Below are positions 43,253-57,621 of a stretch of 64,000 nucleotides of DNA, piece by piece (the stretch's first letter is position 1; every line of letters starts with the position of its first letter). Position numbers and translations under genes: made by a program. This stretch comes from Rhizodiscina lignyota (Eukaryota). Under the pieces are notes generated by a model, which was given only the letters and a program-made list of their open reading frames with translations, was not told the DNA's origin and did not search any database. The stretch is taken from NCBI GenBank assembly GCA_010015805.1, contig ML978126.1, positions 2,046,001-2,110,000 of the forward strand, given 5' to 3'.

Positions 43253-44399
43253 ATGGTATGTCCTTCTCTCATAGTGCAAAACCGCGTTTCTTCATCTATT
43301 TCTGAGCTTCGCTAACATCACCTCTGCAGACCTCCATAGGCACAGGTTACGACCTCTCAAACTCCGTCTTCTCCCCCGATGGCAGGAACTTCCAGGCATG
43401 CAGCACCCAGCTCCCCCATCATCGCCACCAAAAACTGATGCTTCAAACAGGTCGAATACGCCGTCAAGGCGGTCGAGAACGGAGGCACAGCAATCGGCAT
43501 AAGATGCAAGGACGGTGTGGTGCTCGCGCTGGAGAAGCTGGTGAGCAGCAAGCTGCTCAAGCCTGGTGCGAATAAGCGCATAGCGACGATAGATCGAAAT
43601 ATGGGTGTGGTAAGCTCCTCATTCCCTCACATGCTACACGATATAATATATTGGAACAGAGCTAACAATTGCAAACAGGTTTCAGCAGGTCTCCTCCCCG
43701 ATGGTCGTCACTTCACGTCCCGTGCGAGAGACGAGGCGGCGCAGTGGCGAAGAATGTATAAAGCTCCTATCCCGACATCCTCGCTTGCAGACCGCATGGG
43801 CAGCTACATCCAGGCATACACGCTGTACAATAGTGTGCGACCGTTTGGTGTTACGTGCATAATCGCCGGCTGGGATTCTGAGGCAGAGCTCGCAGTGGAT
43901 GGACAAGTTGGCTCAGGACCAACGGTCGGTGCAGGTGGAAAGGTAGACAAGATGAAACATGGAGGACCGTTCTTGTACATGATCGAGCCAAGTGGATCAT
44001 ACTGGGTATGCACTATCTCTGTGGATCTTTTGCGTGGTCTTTTTGCAACATTGGACTGATATATATCAGGGCTACTACGGCGCTGCGACCGGCAAGGGCC
44101 GCCAATCAGCCAAGTCAGAACTGGAGAAGCTTAATCTGACCGAGGGCACTCTCTCACTAGAAGAGGGCGTCAAGGAGGCCGCACGAATCATCTACATTGC
44201 ACACGAGGACAGCAAGGACAAGGACTTCGAGCTCGAGATGACTTGGGTAAGTTCACTAGACGGCCCGACAAAAGGCCGGCATGAGGAGGTGCCCAAGAAG
44301 ATACGAGAGGAAGCCGAGCGACTGGCTAAGAAGGCATTGGAGGACGATGATGAGGAAGAAGAGGCCAAGGCCGAAGGTGGTGAGCGCATGGAAGAGTAG
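43253..44399 (+). CDS. PRE10: 20S proteasome subunit alpha-7; introns 43256-43329, 43396-43450 (GC-AG), 43610-43678, 44006-44069
   Basis: M|TSIGTGYDLSNSVFSPDGRNFQ|VEYAVKAVENGGT, YTLYNSVRPFG, LYMIEPSG, GKGRQSAKSELEKL, acidic tail. Confidence 0.95.
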
Positions 44400-44730
44400 A
44401 AGTTTCGGGACCGAGATTGATGTCGTGAGAGGGAAGAGCATCAGCACACGTTCGTCATTGCGGGATATAGGACGTGCAGATTCTGTACTTTAAACATTTT
44501 CACGGAGCATGCTGGCGCTTGATAGAGAGCAATATATCCACCTTGCATCGACTTCTTCATGACGGAACATACCGGGTCCTTCAACCTCAGGACGACGTGT
44601 ATCTTGTGCGCGAGGAAGGCGGCGAAGGCTCCCAGTCATTCTCTCTGTCCCACTTGTTTATGCATAGTAATTCTGCAGCCTTTCCTGCTGAATTATACGA
44701 GGGCCAAGCTGCCTTCCGAGAAGGCGAGAG

Positions 44731-45800
44731 ATGCCTCCCATCGTAATATTGATTCGGCATGCCGAGGCGTTGCACAACCAAACACATAAGTCACCCACTG
44801 GTCCCTTACTCCCGCGAATACACTCTTCCATCACACAGCTCTAGGATTTATGTACTGATTTTCCCAGCACTAGACTGGGACATTCCAGACCCGAAACTCA
44901 CACCGCTCGGGAGGAAGCAATGTCTGGAGCTTTCAGCACACCTGCGCAAGGATGTGTCGATGGCAAACCATGTGGAAACCATCATCGTCAGTCCGATGCG
45001 GAGGACGGTAGAGACTGCTCTGATCGGCTTGAATTGGTTGATTGCTGGTGGAGCGAAGATTGAACTGGATGCGGACTGGCAAGGTAAATATTTCGTGCGT
45101 TCAGATTTTATGTGTAGCATCTGCAAGCTGTAATTTTCTATTCATTTACAGCATTGCTCCCTTAGTATCCACTCAGCGCTTTACAGTTTATATGATTTCT
45201 TCATACTCTAATCTCTGCAAGAGTACGCTCTCTTTCTGCAACAATTAGCACCCTCACACATATCAAAACCCAACCCTAACCCCCCCTTCAGAAAATAGCG
45301 ACAAGCCCTGCGACAGCGGGAGCGACCGCAACATCCTCGCCGAAGAATTTCAAATCATCTCCGCCCTCTTCTACCAAGTCGACCCTCTCTACCCCGACAA
45401 GAAGACTCCTCTGCCAGACGGGAGAGAAAATCCGTACGCCTGGACGCGCAGTGCCATCCTCGCGCGCGGCCAGCGTTGTCTTCGCAAATTGTACGAGCGG
45501 CCCGAGAAAGTGATTGCGGTGGTCTCGCACTCTGGATTCTTAAGATTAGGCGTTAGTCGCACGCAGTATGCCAATGCGGATTACCGGATCTTCGACTTTC
45601 CGGAGCGGAAGAGTGAGGACGAGGAGTTTGAGCTTGTGGAGAGGGAGGAGACAGCGACGCCGGGAGGTGGGATGGGGAAGAGTCCGAAGGGGAAGTGGGT
45701 TCTAAGGCATGATGACTTCCCACATGAGGTGGATGAGAAGAATGAGAATATGGGGCAGGCGAATGGCGAAGCCACTTCTGAAATCCCGGCAGAGAATTGA
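44731..45800 (+). CDS. Histidine phosphatase / phosphoglycerate-mutase family protein; introns 44786-44870 (probable AT-AC) and 45084-45291
   Basis: MPPIVILIRHAEALHN (RH motif), DPKLTPLGRKQC, VSPMRRTVETA, WQ|ENSDKPCDSG, IAVVSHSGFL. Confidence 0.82.
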
Positions 45801-47542
45801 GGACAAACGACTAGTCGTCGTGATATTACTTGCATAATTGCATCTACATAGAATGATCGTCGTCAGGATAGACTATGGGGTTGATAGACACGGAAGAGAC
45901 TGGATCAGCCACCATTTCATAAACATTGAATGATTCTTATAATCTCAGCAATAGCCTTTTGTATATCCATGCATATAGAATGAAACAGTTGCCCTCTGCC
46001 TTGCACTTGCAACTGGCTTGGACTGCATTCAGCTCGACGCACCACTCGCTAGAATAGATGGATTACACCATACGCTGGGGCTAAGATACCCGGCAGACAC
46101 TGTTGCACTGACTTCAGATAGAAGTATGCTGGACGGTACGCTGGGGCGAGAGCGGCTGTCAAGTGGATCACATGCATAACTAGTGCGTGTTTATGTTCAG
46201 TGGCGAAGTTCGTGAGCGGCATAGACGACAGAGAACGGCGTGAAGCTTGCTTTGAAGGTTCTGACACACGTGGCCATTGCGGTGAAAATGAACTACCTAC
46301 CGAGCCCAAATCCGAACAGATGAGGCAGTGCAGTGTCGATGGCAAGGATCGGAGGTATCTGATACCCTGGAGATCAATACTCCGTACTTGTAGCAGATAG
46401 CTTTAAAAAAAAATGATGCGTGACATCAAGCCTCGGAACAGACTGAATCTGGGTTGAAAAGTCTCACTCTGGAAGATATGCCGGACAGTCACAGTACTTC
46501 GTGTAGAATTGGCGTTATCGAAGCGAGACCGGATAGATCCAGCAGCATGGAAGTGGGAGCGAACTTGAGTCGGATGAAGTCCCAGTTCCAGATCTCCAGC
46601 ACGGACTGAGCTTCTCGAGCAAACGCGTAGAATATTCTATACGGTGACGTAGCCAATAGACACCCAGGATATGGCGGCAGCACGGATAAACGTGTTCAAA
46701 AAGAGACCTATCAGGCGCGAGAGCAGGAAGCATGACGCTCAGAGCATGACGCTCAGAGCCTGCCCAGCCCAGCAACGCTGTTACTGGGTTGAGGAATGGG
46801 CATTGTGCACTCACCGATGGGCAGTATACAATCGCCAGAAATGGTGTGGAGCCATCCCATTTATTGGATTGACGTGCTGCGCCCCTTGGGCCGCTCCCGT
46901 CGATGGTGGTGGACGAGCAAGCACCTCAGGTCGGTGTGCCCCTGAGATGAGGCAAACGTAACGGCGGCCATCCCTGTCAGCCACCACTCTGCTTTGCGAC
47001 ACTGACGAAATGGAAGGACGCCGCCCCATTCGCACGTCTTCTGCTGGCCGAGCAAGACAGGCAGCGAAGGGCGCGGGAGCGACGTCGATACGTACAGAGT
47101 AAGCAGAGAAAAGGGGGAGGTGGATGGTCGGCGTCTGGCACGAGCCGCGGTGCATGACGATGTTCAGGTGTTTCGGCTGCTCAGCCACTGCAGACAGACA
47201 GTCGGTGGCCTCCTGCAGGGCCCAGCAATGCGGCGAGAAGCTGGGTGTGGGTGGTGCACGCTGGGTGGATCGGTCGTGTCTTGGCCCAAGCAGCAACCTG
47301 ACACTTCGACATATTTAAAACAACGACCATCGTTGCCCGTTTTCAGCTCCACCACAAGCCCCCCGTTCTTTGACGAAACACCTGTCTACGCACCGTCACG
47401 ACTTTCTTATCCTTCTTTTTGTCCTCAAAGCATCGAGGATTCATTTATTTGACGCACCGCAAGCCTGTTTGATCGCTGCGCTGTGATTGCTGAAGCTCGA
47501 CGCTAACAAAGCATTTGACACAACCCTCACTTCAAGCTCACC

Positions 47543-49802
<2,260 letters not shown>

Positions 49803-50052
49803 ACGCCCGGAATGCAATGCCCTGGGCCTTTTGATGTATGGCGCATGAGAATGGAGGAAAACTTGCTACGACTACTACCTGGCTTTTTCGGATATGCAGG
49901 GTGGGGATCTTCTCGATCGTGTACTGATAGTTAAATGCGAGCTAGAGAGCTCTTGAAGAGCGATGGACTGCACGATGGACTGCACGGTACTATTAGACAG
50001 TGAACTTACTGCTTTACGATTCTAATTTCCACATCTTCCAGAGTTCCGCCTC

Positions 50053-50210
50053 GTAGTTCACCCCTAGGAGCATCGCCCCCGAGTGATGCCCAGTAGTTCA
50101 CGCCCCGGTTATCGCCTTGGAATATTGCCCTGAAGTAGTTCACGCGGAACAATGCTTTCAAACCGAAGAGGTGCCCTGGTCGTAGAGTAGTGCCCTGAGA
50201 GGGGCTCACC
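50053..50210 (+). repeat. Degenerate 40-47-bp periodic repeat with conserved GTAGTTCAC / TGCCC blocks upstream of RIB4
   Basis: GTAGTTCAC at 50053, 50093 and 50135; TGCCC four times; ATCGCC in the first two units. Confidence 0.7.
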
Positions 50211-50232
50211 ACCGCCCCACCACGGGCGTTAA

Positions 50233-51118
<886 letters not shown>

Positions 51119-51518
51119 AGTTGAGCAGAAGGAGAGAGGAGAGGGGGATGGGGATGGTGGAGATGAGAGAGCAATAAGATCGTTTGCTTTTGGATATGTG
51201 AACGACAATCGGTGCGAAGGGAAAACGATACTGGCCGGCGTATTCGTGACAAAAGAGAACCTCGCATTCTTGGAGTATCTGCCTGGGGCTTCCCTGAGAT
51301 GCACGCAGCTCATATGCAGTGCAGACTAGGTACAATCTAAAAGTTTAGACATAATTACATACTCCTCCAGTGCCCTGTCACCGTCTTGCTGTATACAGCA
51401 TGCATCATCAGCTGCCATCCATGTGCCTCAAAAGCGCCTCAACGCCTCCAATATGCGAATGCACCTTAACCGAAAGACCGATCCTGAGCCCATCCCCATA
51501 CATCGGGCCATGAGAGGC

Positions 51519-52376
51519 CTACATCATCATCTCGTGGTCTGCATCGGTGAAGTTAACACCCTGCCTCATCGCCTCGAAGGCGCCATACTGGTTCTCCATG
51601 TCCTGCATCTGAACACCACCTTCCTTCGACACTGGCCGCAGGTACACCGGATCCGTCGCCTGATTGTACCTCGTAGTTTCCTGCAGCGCGACACCACCCT
51701 CCTGCATCATCGTCTGCATCCGCGCCTGCTCTTCGTATTCCCTCTTCGCCAACATCTCGTACCCGTTCACCATATACGGCTCCGCGCCTCGGGGCATGTG
51801 TGAAATCTCGTGGGTTACTGGCTGCACCGGCGGAGCCACGGGCGCAGGTGCATCGGTCATCGCGTCTTCGGTGTCAAAGTGGGGATCGAATCTCCGCCCT
51901 GCCATCATCTTCTCATACCTGATGCGCGCCATGGCCTCCTCCTGCTGCAGACTCGTGTCGGGCCAGACGCCCGTCTCCCACGCCTTCTCGTGCTCGGCGT
52001 AGGCGGGCGGGCAGATGCGCCACAGCTCGAGGAGTCGCAGGCGCTGGTCCGAGTCGGCGTACTGGAAAAGCGTGAGCTGCGATGGGAAGAGGGCTGAGGG
52101 GTTAATGCTGTTCTGGACGAGAATGTTTTCTAGCTCGGTGCGCTCGAGGTGCGAAGATGCTTCAAGAGGTGGGGAGGCCATGCGCGGAGCTACTGGTGCG
52201 ACATGGCGCGAGTGATTGTAGTGTGTGGAAACATAAACTATCGGTTCGGAAGTCGGACGCTTTGGCGCCTCATCTGGCTGAGCAATTGGCTCGGGAGGCG
52301 GTGTGGGAGACGGTGCGGGTGCAGGTGCGAAGGTGAGACTCTGGGCAAAGAGCCGTGACAGCTCGTCTTGCTGCAT
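51519..52376 (-). CDS. Conserved fungal hypothetical protein (285 aa)
   Basis: ATG-initiated ORF with GC3-rich codons and blocks INPSALFPSQLTLFQ..QRLRLLELWRICPP and AEPYMVNGYEMLAKREY; possible 5'-UTR intron 52422-52507. Confidence 0.8.
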   Translation of the reverse strand: MQQDELSRLFAQSLTFAPAPAPSPTPPPEPIAQPDEAPKRPTSEPIVYVSTHYNHSRHVAPVAPRMASPPLEASSHLERTELENILVQNSINPSALFPSQLTLFQYADSDQRLRLLELWRICPPAYAEHEKAWETGVWPDTSLQQEEAMARIRYEKMMAGRRFDPHFDTEDAMTDAPAPVAPPVQPVTHEISHMPRGAEPYMVNGYEMLAKREYEEQARMQTMMQEGGVALQETTRYNQATDPVYLRPVSKEGGVQMQDMENQYGAFEAMRQGVNFTDADHEMMM

Positions 52377-53469
52377 GTCCGGCTGTTGGTCGGGTCTATT
52401 CGACGCGTCTACCGCGGGTACCTGAAGCGCGATGCCGTGCGAGTGGGCGCTGCACTATGACGTAAACGGTCAGTCTATCAGATCTGATATCGAAGAAAGG
52501 GGCTTACGTGGCTGCAGTATTGGTCTTGCGAGAAAACAGAGGCGGAGAAAGCTACAGGAGTGTTGTAGTTGCAAGCAGAGCAGTGATGAACGAGCATTGG
52601 GAGCATGGAGGGGTGCAGCAATGAGGCCGATGATAAGTCTCGATACTGAGGCCTGCCTGGATTACTGTAAGATCTGTTCTACCAACAGGTATCTACACAA
52701 GACGTGAAAGAGACAGTAGGCCAAGAATGAAGACGAACAGTTATTTCGAATTATTGTGGTGCTATGTACGAGTAGCGAAATGAAAGGTCCCGGTCCAGAA
52801 TGTCCAGGAGTGGCTCAAGGGCGTCCGAAAGGTTCCTTTGTCCGGAGGCTCCGAGAAATTGGGAGAACAACGGAGCGGTCAGCTGCCACTTGTCCTTGGA
52901 GGAGAGCAAGCCTTTGTGGGCCTGGAGAAGCGATATTCAATGGATGCCACCGCGGTCATAAACGGTGGGAAGGTTGGTGGTGGAAGGAAGGTAGGCGGGG
53001 AGGGGAGTGTGCCATTAAGTAGCGGGCAGACAGGCCGTGGATAATTTCGACGCACCCGAAACATCATCCGCCACCGCCCTGTCCGCGTGAGCCAATGGAC
53101 AGCTATCAATACACGTGGTACCCTGCCATAGCATCAAATGCTGCAATGGCGGCCAGAATGAGTCGAGTCACTGATCATGCGTCAGGCTCGCATTGGGTCG
53201 AGGTCGAGCTAATGCGCGGGATGTGAGAAAGAAGCAGCGCTAGACCTATCATCACGCCGTCGGGAGTGAAAAGGGAGGTGGATTTTCGAATCATGTGTGT
53301 GATGGCTCGAGGTTGGAATCCATGCGGTGAGGTGTGAACCTGCTGGTGGCGTCCTGCGCGGCCACATCTCTGCAGAATCGCGCTAACCCAAAACTGCGCC
53401 ACACTTGAACTTTCCGTCGTCTTCAGTTGAGCTTGCAATTAGAATCCAGCAGCACGACTTGTGCCGACA

Positions 53470-54185
53470 ATGTCTGTGAACAGGGTGCTCAATGCAGAGC
53501 ACATCAGTCTAGCAAACTCATTACCTCCAAGATTACTCCGCTTTTTCCAGAAGTACCCCCCATCCGTATACCAGGGACGACAATATCCTCCGGCCAACTC
53601 GCGACTGAACAGACTTCCCCATACTGCTACCGCGGTCCCAGTAGTGTCTACGACCTCCTCTGTAGACGTAAATGAACGTATAGCAGAAGCTGCAGCCCCT
53701 CCAGCTGCAACAGACTCCTCCACAGCCACACTTACATCTTCAAGAGAGGAGGACGACTACCCCTTCAACCCGTTCCTCCCCGTCAAGAACCACATCACCG
53801 GCTGCTGGCGCTCTCCAGTATTCTCCCTCCGACGGCAAGCAGACATCTGCAAGCTCGCTGCACATCACGGCGTGGAAGACTGGCTGCCGTACTCGAAGAA
53901 GCTGTCGTGGGTGAAAGAGCAGAAGCGCGTCGAAGGCGGATTGAGGGTTAGGGGAACAGGTGTAGGACAGAAGGTCAAGGGACATGCATGGGAGAGGCAG
54001 ATGCGGCAGAAGCTGGAGAAGAGGAGGCAGGCCATGCTGGATATGCCGAGGTTGATAAGGGAGTGGAAGGAGGTGAGTGCACATTACATCTCAATTGCCA
54101 TGATTCTGGGACAAGCCACTAACGTTTCGAGCAGAAAGGTCATGGCAGAGGATGGAAGAAATGGCCGAGCGGGAAAGCCACGTAA
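53470..54185 (+). CDS. MRPL25: Mitochondrial large ribosomal subunit protein mL59 (MrpL25); intron 54073-54134
   Basis: LPPRLLRFFQKYPP, NPFLP..WRSPVFSLRRQAD, VKGHAWERQ, MPRLIREWKE|KGHGRGWKKWP. Confidence 0.88.
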
Positions 54186-54535
54186 AGTTCATCTCGTCCA
54201 TCACGAGTTCAGTGGTCTGAACGCCGATTCTCCATCTGTATACTATCGCCCATCACCTGACTTGCATTGGGTTGGCGTTGGCACTGAAAGAATTACAAAC
54301 ATTGGTTCAATTGTACCGAATATTTCTGCTCTGGCGAGATGGTCGCCATTTGTACAGCGCATCCGCAATGCCTTATACAATCTGATAAGACAAGATCCCC
54401 CAGTTCAACTACCATTCCCTGCCAGTCCCCGGTGACGCCTCGTCTCTGCTGGATCGACATTACCGGATTCAGTAACTTTGCTGTTGACACTTCAGAGCTT
54501 ATTCAATTCATATGAGGTCCGGCCCACTTGATCTT

Positions 54536-54814
54536 TCATCCACCCAACCACGAAGAAATGACCCACTCCATCCGCTCCTCACAACATCTTGCGCGTGGTG
54601 TGGAGCATCCACCACACTTCCTCTCTGCAGCCGGGGTGGTCGTCCGGCAGAGGCAGCAAGTCCAGCCAGTCGACTTGCGTATGTATTCCACGCAGCTCTG
54701 GCATTTGCGATGCAGACCGCAGTTCGAGCAAGGGCCTAGGCCGGCCGTCGCGATGATCGTATTGCAGCGGCAGCATTTCCAACCCTTTGAGCCGGGTACC
54801 GGTGGGGATGTCAT
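54536..54814 (-). CDS. Small Cys-rich putative zinc-binding protein (92 aa, two WxCCxC..CxxC units)
   Basis: MTSPPVPGSKGWKCCRC..CSNC..HRKCQSC..GWTCCLC..CGGC..RCC; 14 Cys in an internally repeated spacing. Confidence 0.6.
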   Translation of the reverse strand: MTSPPVPGSKGWKCCRCNTIIATAGLGPCSNCGLHRKCQSCVEYIRKSTGWTCCLCRTTTPAAERKCGGCSTPRARCCEERMEWVISSWLGG

Positions 54815-55656
54815 GCTGTTGGCTGAGGGGGGTGCTTCTTGAGCTGGTCCAGAGGCACAAGTAACCTCGGAGTACAAGACTCAATCGGAAGCGCAGGGAG
54901 ACTTGAAGTGATTGGTTTAACTGTGAGGATGGAGCTGCTATACCGCCTGACCGTGAGATATATTTGCGAACAGTATGATCCCTCCGGAGATCACTGTCTC
55001 ACTAAAGACAGTTGATAAACTCAGAACGTCAGTTTTCGCTTGAAAAACTGCTGGACAAATTCAACTTTCAATGAATTGATTCCAACTCGTACAATATTGG
55101 AACAACATGAACGAACAATTGAGAGGAGTCATAAGCAACCCTCCAAAAGAAATACTCCATCTGACACTGCTACCCTACTTAATTAACCTCCCTACCCTAC
55201 CCGTACTACCGAGCTGTTCCTGATTGAAGATGTCACAAGACAATCGCGACCCGTAGGCGCTCGGGCTCCATGGCGAACGGTGTTGTGAGGGTGTGCCCAG
55301 ACGCCACCTGCGTTACCATAAAAGCAAAATTGTATGGGCGCCTTGGGGAACGTGGGATTGCCCTGTCACTTTCAACTGGTAGGGCGTCTGTAGACACTGT
55401 GTGATTGAGTAGAGAAAGAGTTTGGGAAAATACTTTTTGTCAAGGAGGAAATTAGGCGATGAGAACGGTCTCGTGGGTACACAGGAGCTCGAGCCATATT
55501 GATAGACCTGGCACGCAAGGATCACCAGTTCACGCCAATTCCTTCCGAACGCTATACAGGAAATGGCCCCCAACGTTCAACACCGCCTGTTCAACTGCCG
55601 CCAATAGCCGAGCGCATCTCAACCGCCAGAAACTCGCGTTTAACGCCGATGCTGCT

Positions 55657-57621
55657 TTAACCATCAAGTGCATACTCGGCAATCAGCCTCTCAGCGGCAG
55701 TCTCTCCAATCGTGTACGCAACAGACTGGACATGACAATTGAACACAAACGGCGTGACGCTCATATCCGCGACACGCAGGCCCTCCAGCCCACGCACCAT
55801 GAAATCGGTATCCACGCACGACATCTCGTCATCTGCGCGCCCCATCTTCGCCGTGCAGCTCATGTGCCACGCCGTGGCGATCGTCTGCGCGCAGTGATCC
55901 ATGATGTCCTCATGGCTATCCGACCTGGGCGCGAGCACCCAGCTCATGGTGTTGCGAGCGAAGGCATCGGAGCGCAGGACCTTGAGGAGCGCCTTCATGC
56001 CCAGCTTGTAGTTCAGCAGATCGAATGGGTGCGTCATGATCTTGGGATCGCAGATGGGCGCGTCGTCGGGGTTTGCGGATGCGAGCGTTACGGTGCCGCG
56101 AGATTGCGTCGACATAAGGACTTGGCAGGCGGGTAGGTAGGTCTTGGTTTGGTCGAAGGCGGGAGGCACGGGCGGTGCAAGGTTAATCCATTCGATGACT
56201 GGGACGTTGCGTTTGCAGATGTGAGCTTGCACGTCTGGGGGAAGGGCTTTGAACTCGGGGCTGCTGAGAAGCTCCTCGGTGGCGTTGTTGAACGCCATGA
56301 TCACAATGCCGTATGCCTGCGCGTAGGCGCCAGTGCCGCTTTCGATGAACTGCTTCTTCGCTGCCTCGGCGAACGCCTGGTCGGCAAGTTGGGAGAGGTC
56401 GTTCAGATCGTCGCGGATTTGCAGAAGGGTAAAGTTGAATGGGTGGTCTCCAAGGTTGCGGCCGACACCCGGGAGAGAATGAACCATGGGGATATTATGC
56501 TTCGTGATTTCTTCTTCCGGCCCAACGCCCGAAAGCAGCAGGAGTTTAGGCGTGTCCAATGCACCAGCGGAAATGATAACGTCCTTGTTGGAAGAGTCTG
56601 CGTCACAATTCGTCACTTGCTGATCCCCCCGGTGAGCTTCGGAGAGCGAGGTTAACTTACAAATCTTGCCATTTGCTTCTACGCCAGTAGCCTTCTTGCC
56701 GTTGAATATAATCTTGGTGGCTTGTGTATCCGTCAGAATAGTGAGGTTCTTCGGCGTGTCTTGCAAGAACTCGGTGGCCGCTGTCGATCGCCAACTGTTC
56801 GACGACGTGCTGGGGCAGATGGCTGCACCGATTACATCCCCAGAGTTTAGGTCTTTGTTGATCTTCAGGCCAGCCTCCTCCATCGCATCCAATGAGAAAC
56901 TGACGTCCTTGGCCCACTTGGATGGAACCTCAACATGCACTGGCCCGGAAGACCCATGGACCTCTTTCACAGGTTCCACGTATTTTGCGTGCTCTGCATT
57001 TTCCGGGACAACGTACGCCTCGAATCGCTTTCGCCTTTCGGTAGCGTGATTCCAGTTGAAGAAGTCATCCCCAACAATCCGCGCCCACTCATCGTAGTCT
57101 TCCTTTGGCCCGACGGTCCAACATGCAAAGTTGACTGCAGTTGAGCCTCCGAGGCCCTTCCCTCGAGAGTAGTCAACTACACCACCATTGTGGCCATTCT
57201 TAACTGCTTGGGGTTCTGTCTTGTAGCCCCAACTCATGCTCGGGGTCATGAATGTCTGGAATCGCTGAGCGAGCAGTCGGAGCTGGGGATCCGCATTTGG
57301 ACCGCCGGCTTCGAGGAGTAGCACTGATGGTGCAGTCTTTGAACGAGATAGTCTAGACGCAATGGTAGCGCCAGCGGGGCCACCTAATATGCATCGTCAG
57401 CTCTGGTCTTGAATGAATAGGTCGACTTTAAGCTTCGTCAAATTGGTGAGGGAAAATATATTTTCCACGCAGAGAGGAAAAGAAAGAAGTGGTAAGAGGT
57501 GCTTGCTGAGATCAAGCATTTGACCGTAGGATTTAACATGCTGGGAAGCCAGCTCATATAGCCGAAGAGAGGTATGTTCATGGTAGCAGATACAGCTTCA
57601 CATACGCCCTTGTGTAAACAT
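55657..57621 (-). CDS. GMC (glucose-methanol-choline) oxidoreductase; intron 56598-56660; 5' exon uncertain (candidate intron 57384-57605)
   Basis: GPAGATIASRL..VLLLEAGG, RGKGLGGSTAVN, SAGALDTPKLLLLSGVGP, VGRNLGDH, WHMSCTAKMG, GLRVADMS. Confidence 0.85.

Noticed and set aside
44786..44870. U12 (minor spliceosome) intron
   Set aside because: The donor is ATAAGT rather than ATATCC and there is no TCCTTAAC branch site; the signals are U2-type.
50053..50210. CRISPR interpretation of the repeat-spacer array
   Set aside because: Eukaryotic context, repeats only 9 bp, three copies, and no cas genes. Kept as a regulatory-repeat finding.
54186..54435. C-terminal extension of the 324-aa ORF 53461-54435
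   Set aside because: It arises from reading through intron 54073-54134; spliced MRPL25 stops at 54185.
55150..55560. Possible structured ncRNA between the Cys-rich ORF and the GMC gene
   Set aside because: I could not match tRNA, snRNA, RNase P/MRP or SRP hallmarks by eye; an Rfam scan would be needed.
57495..57530. GGTGC..CTGAGA resembling a TPP riboswitch
   Set aside because: It lies antisense to the GMC gene, lacks the downstream ATACC..CTGAT..TAATGC..GCG core, and is explained by a simple hairpin.
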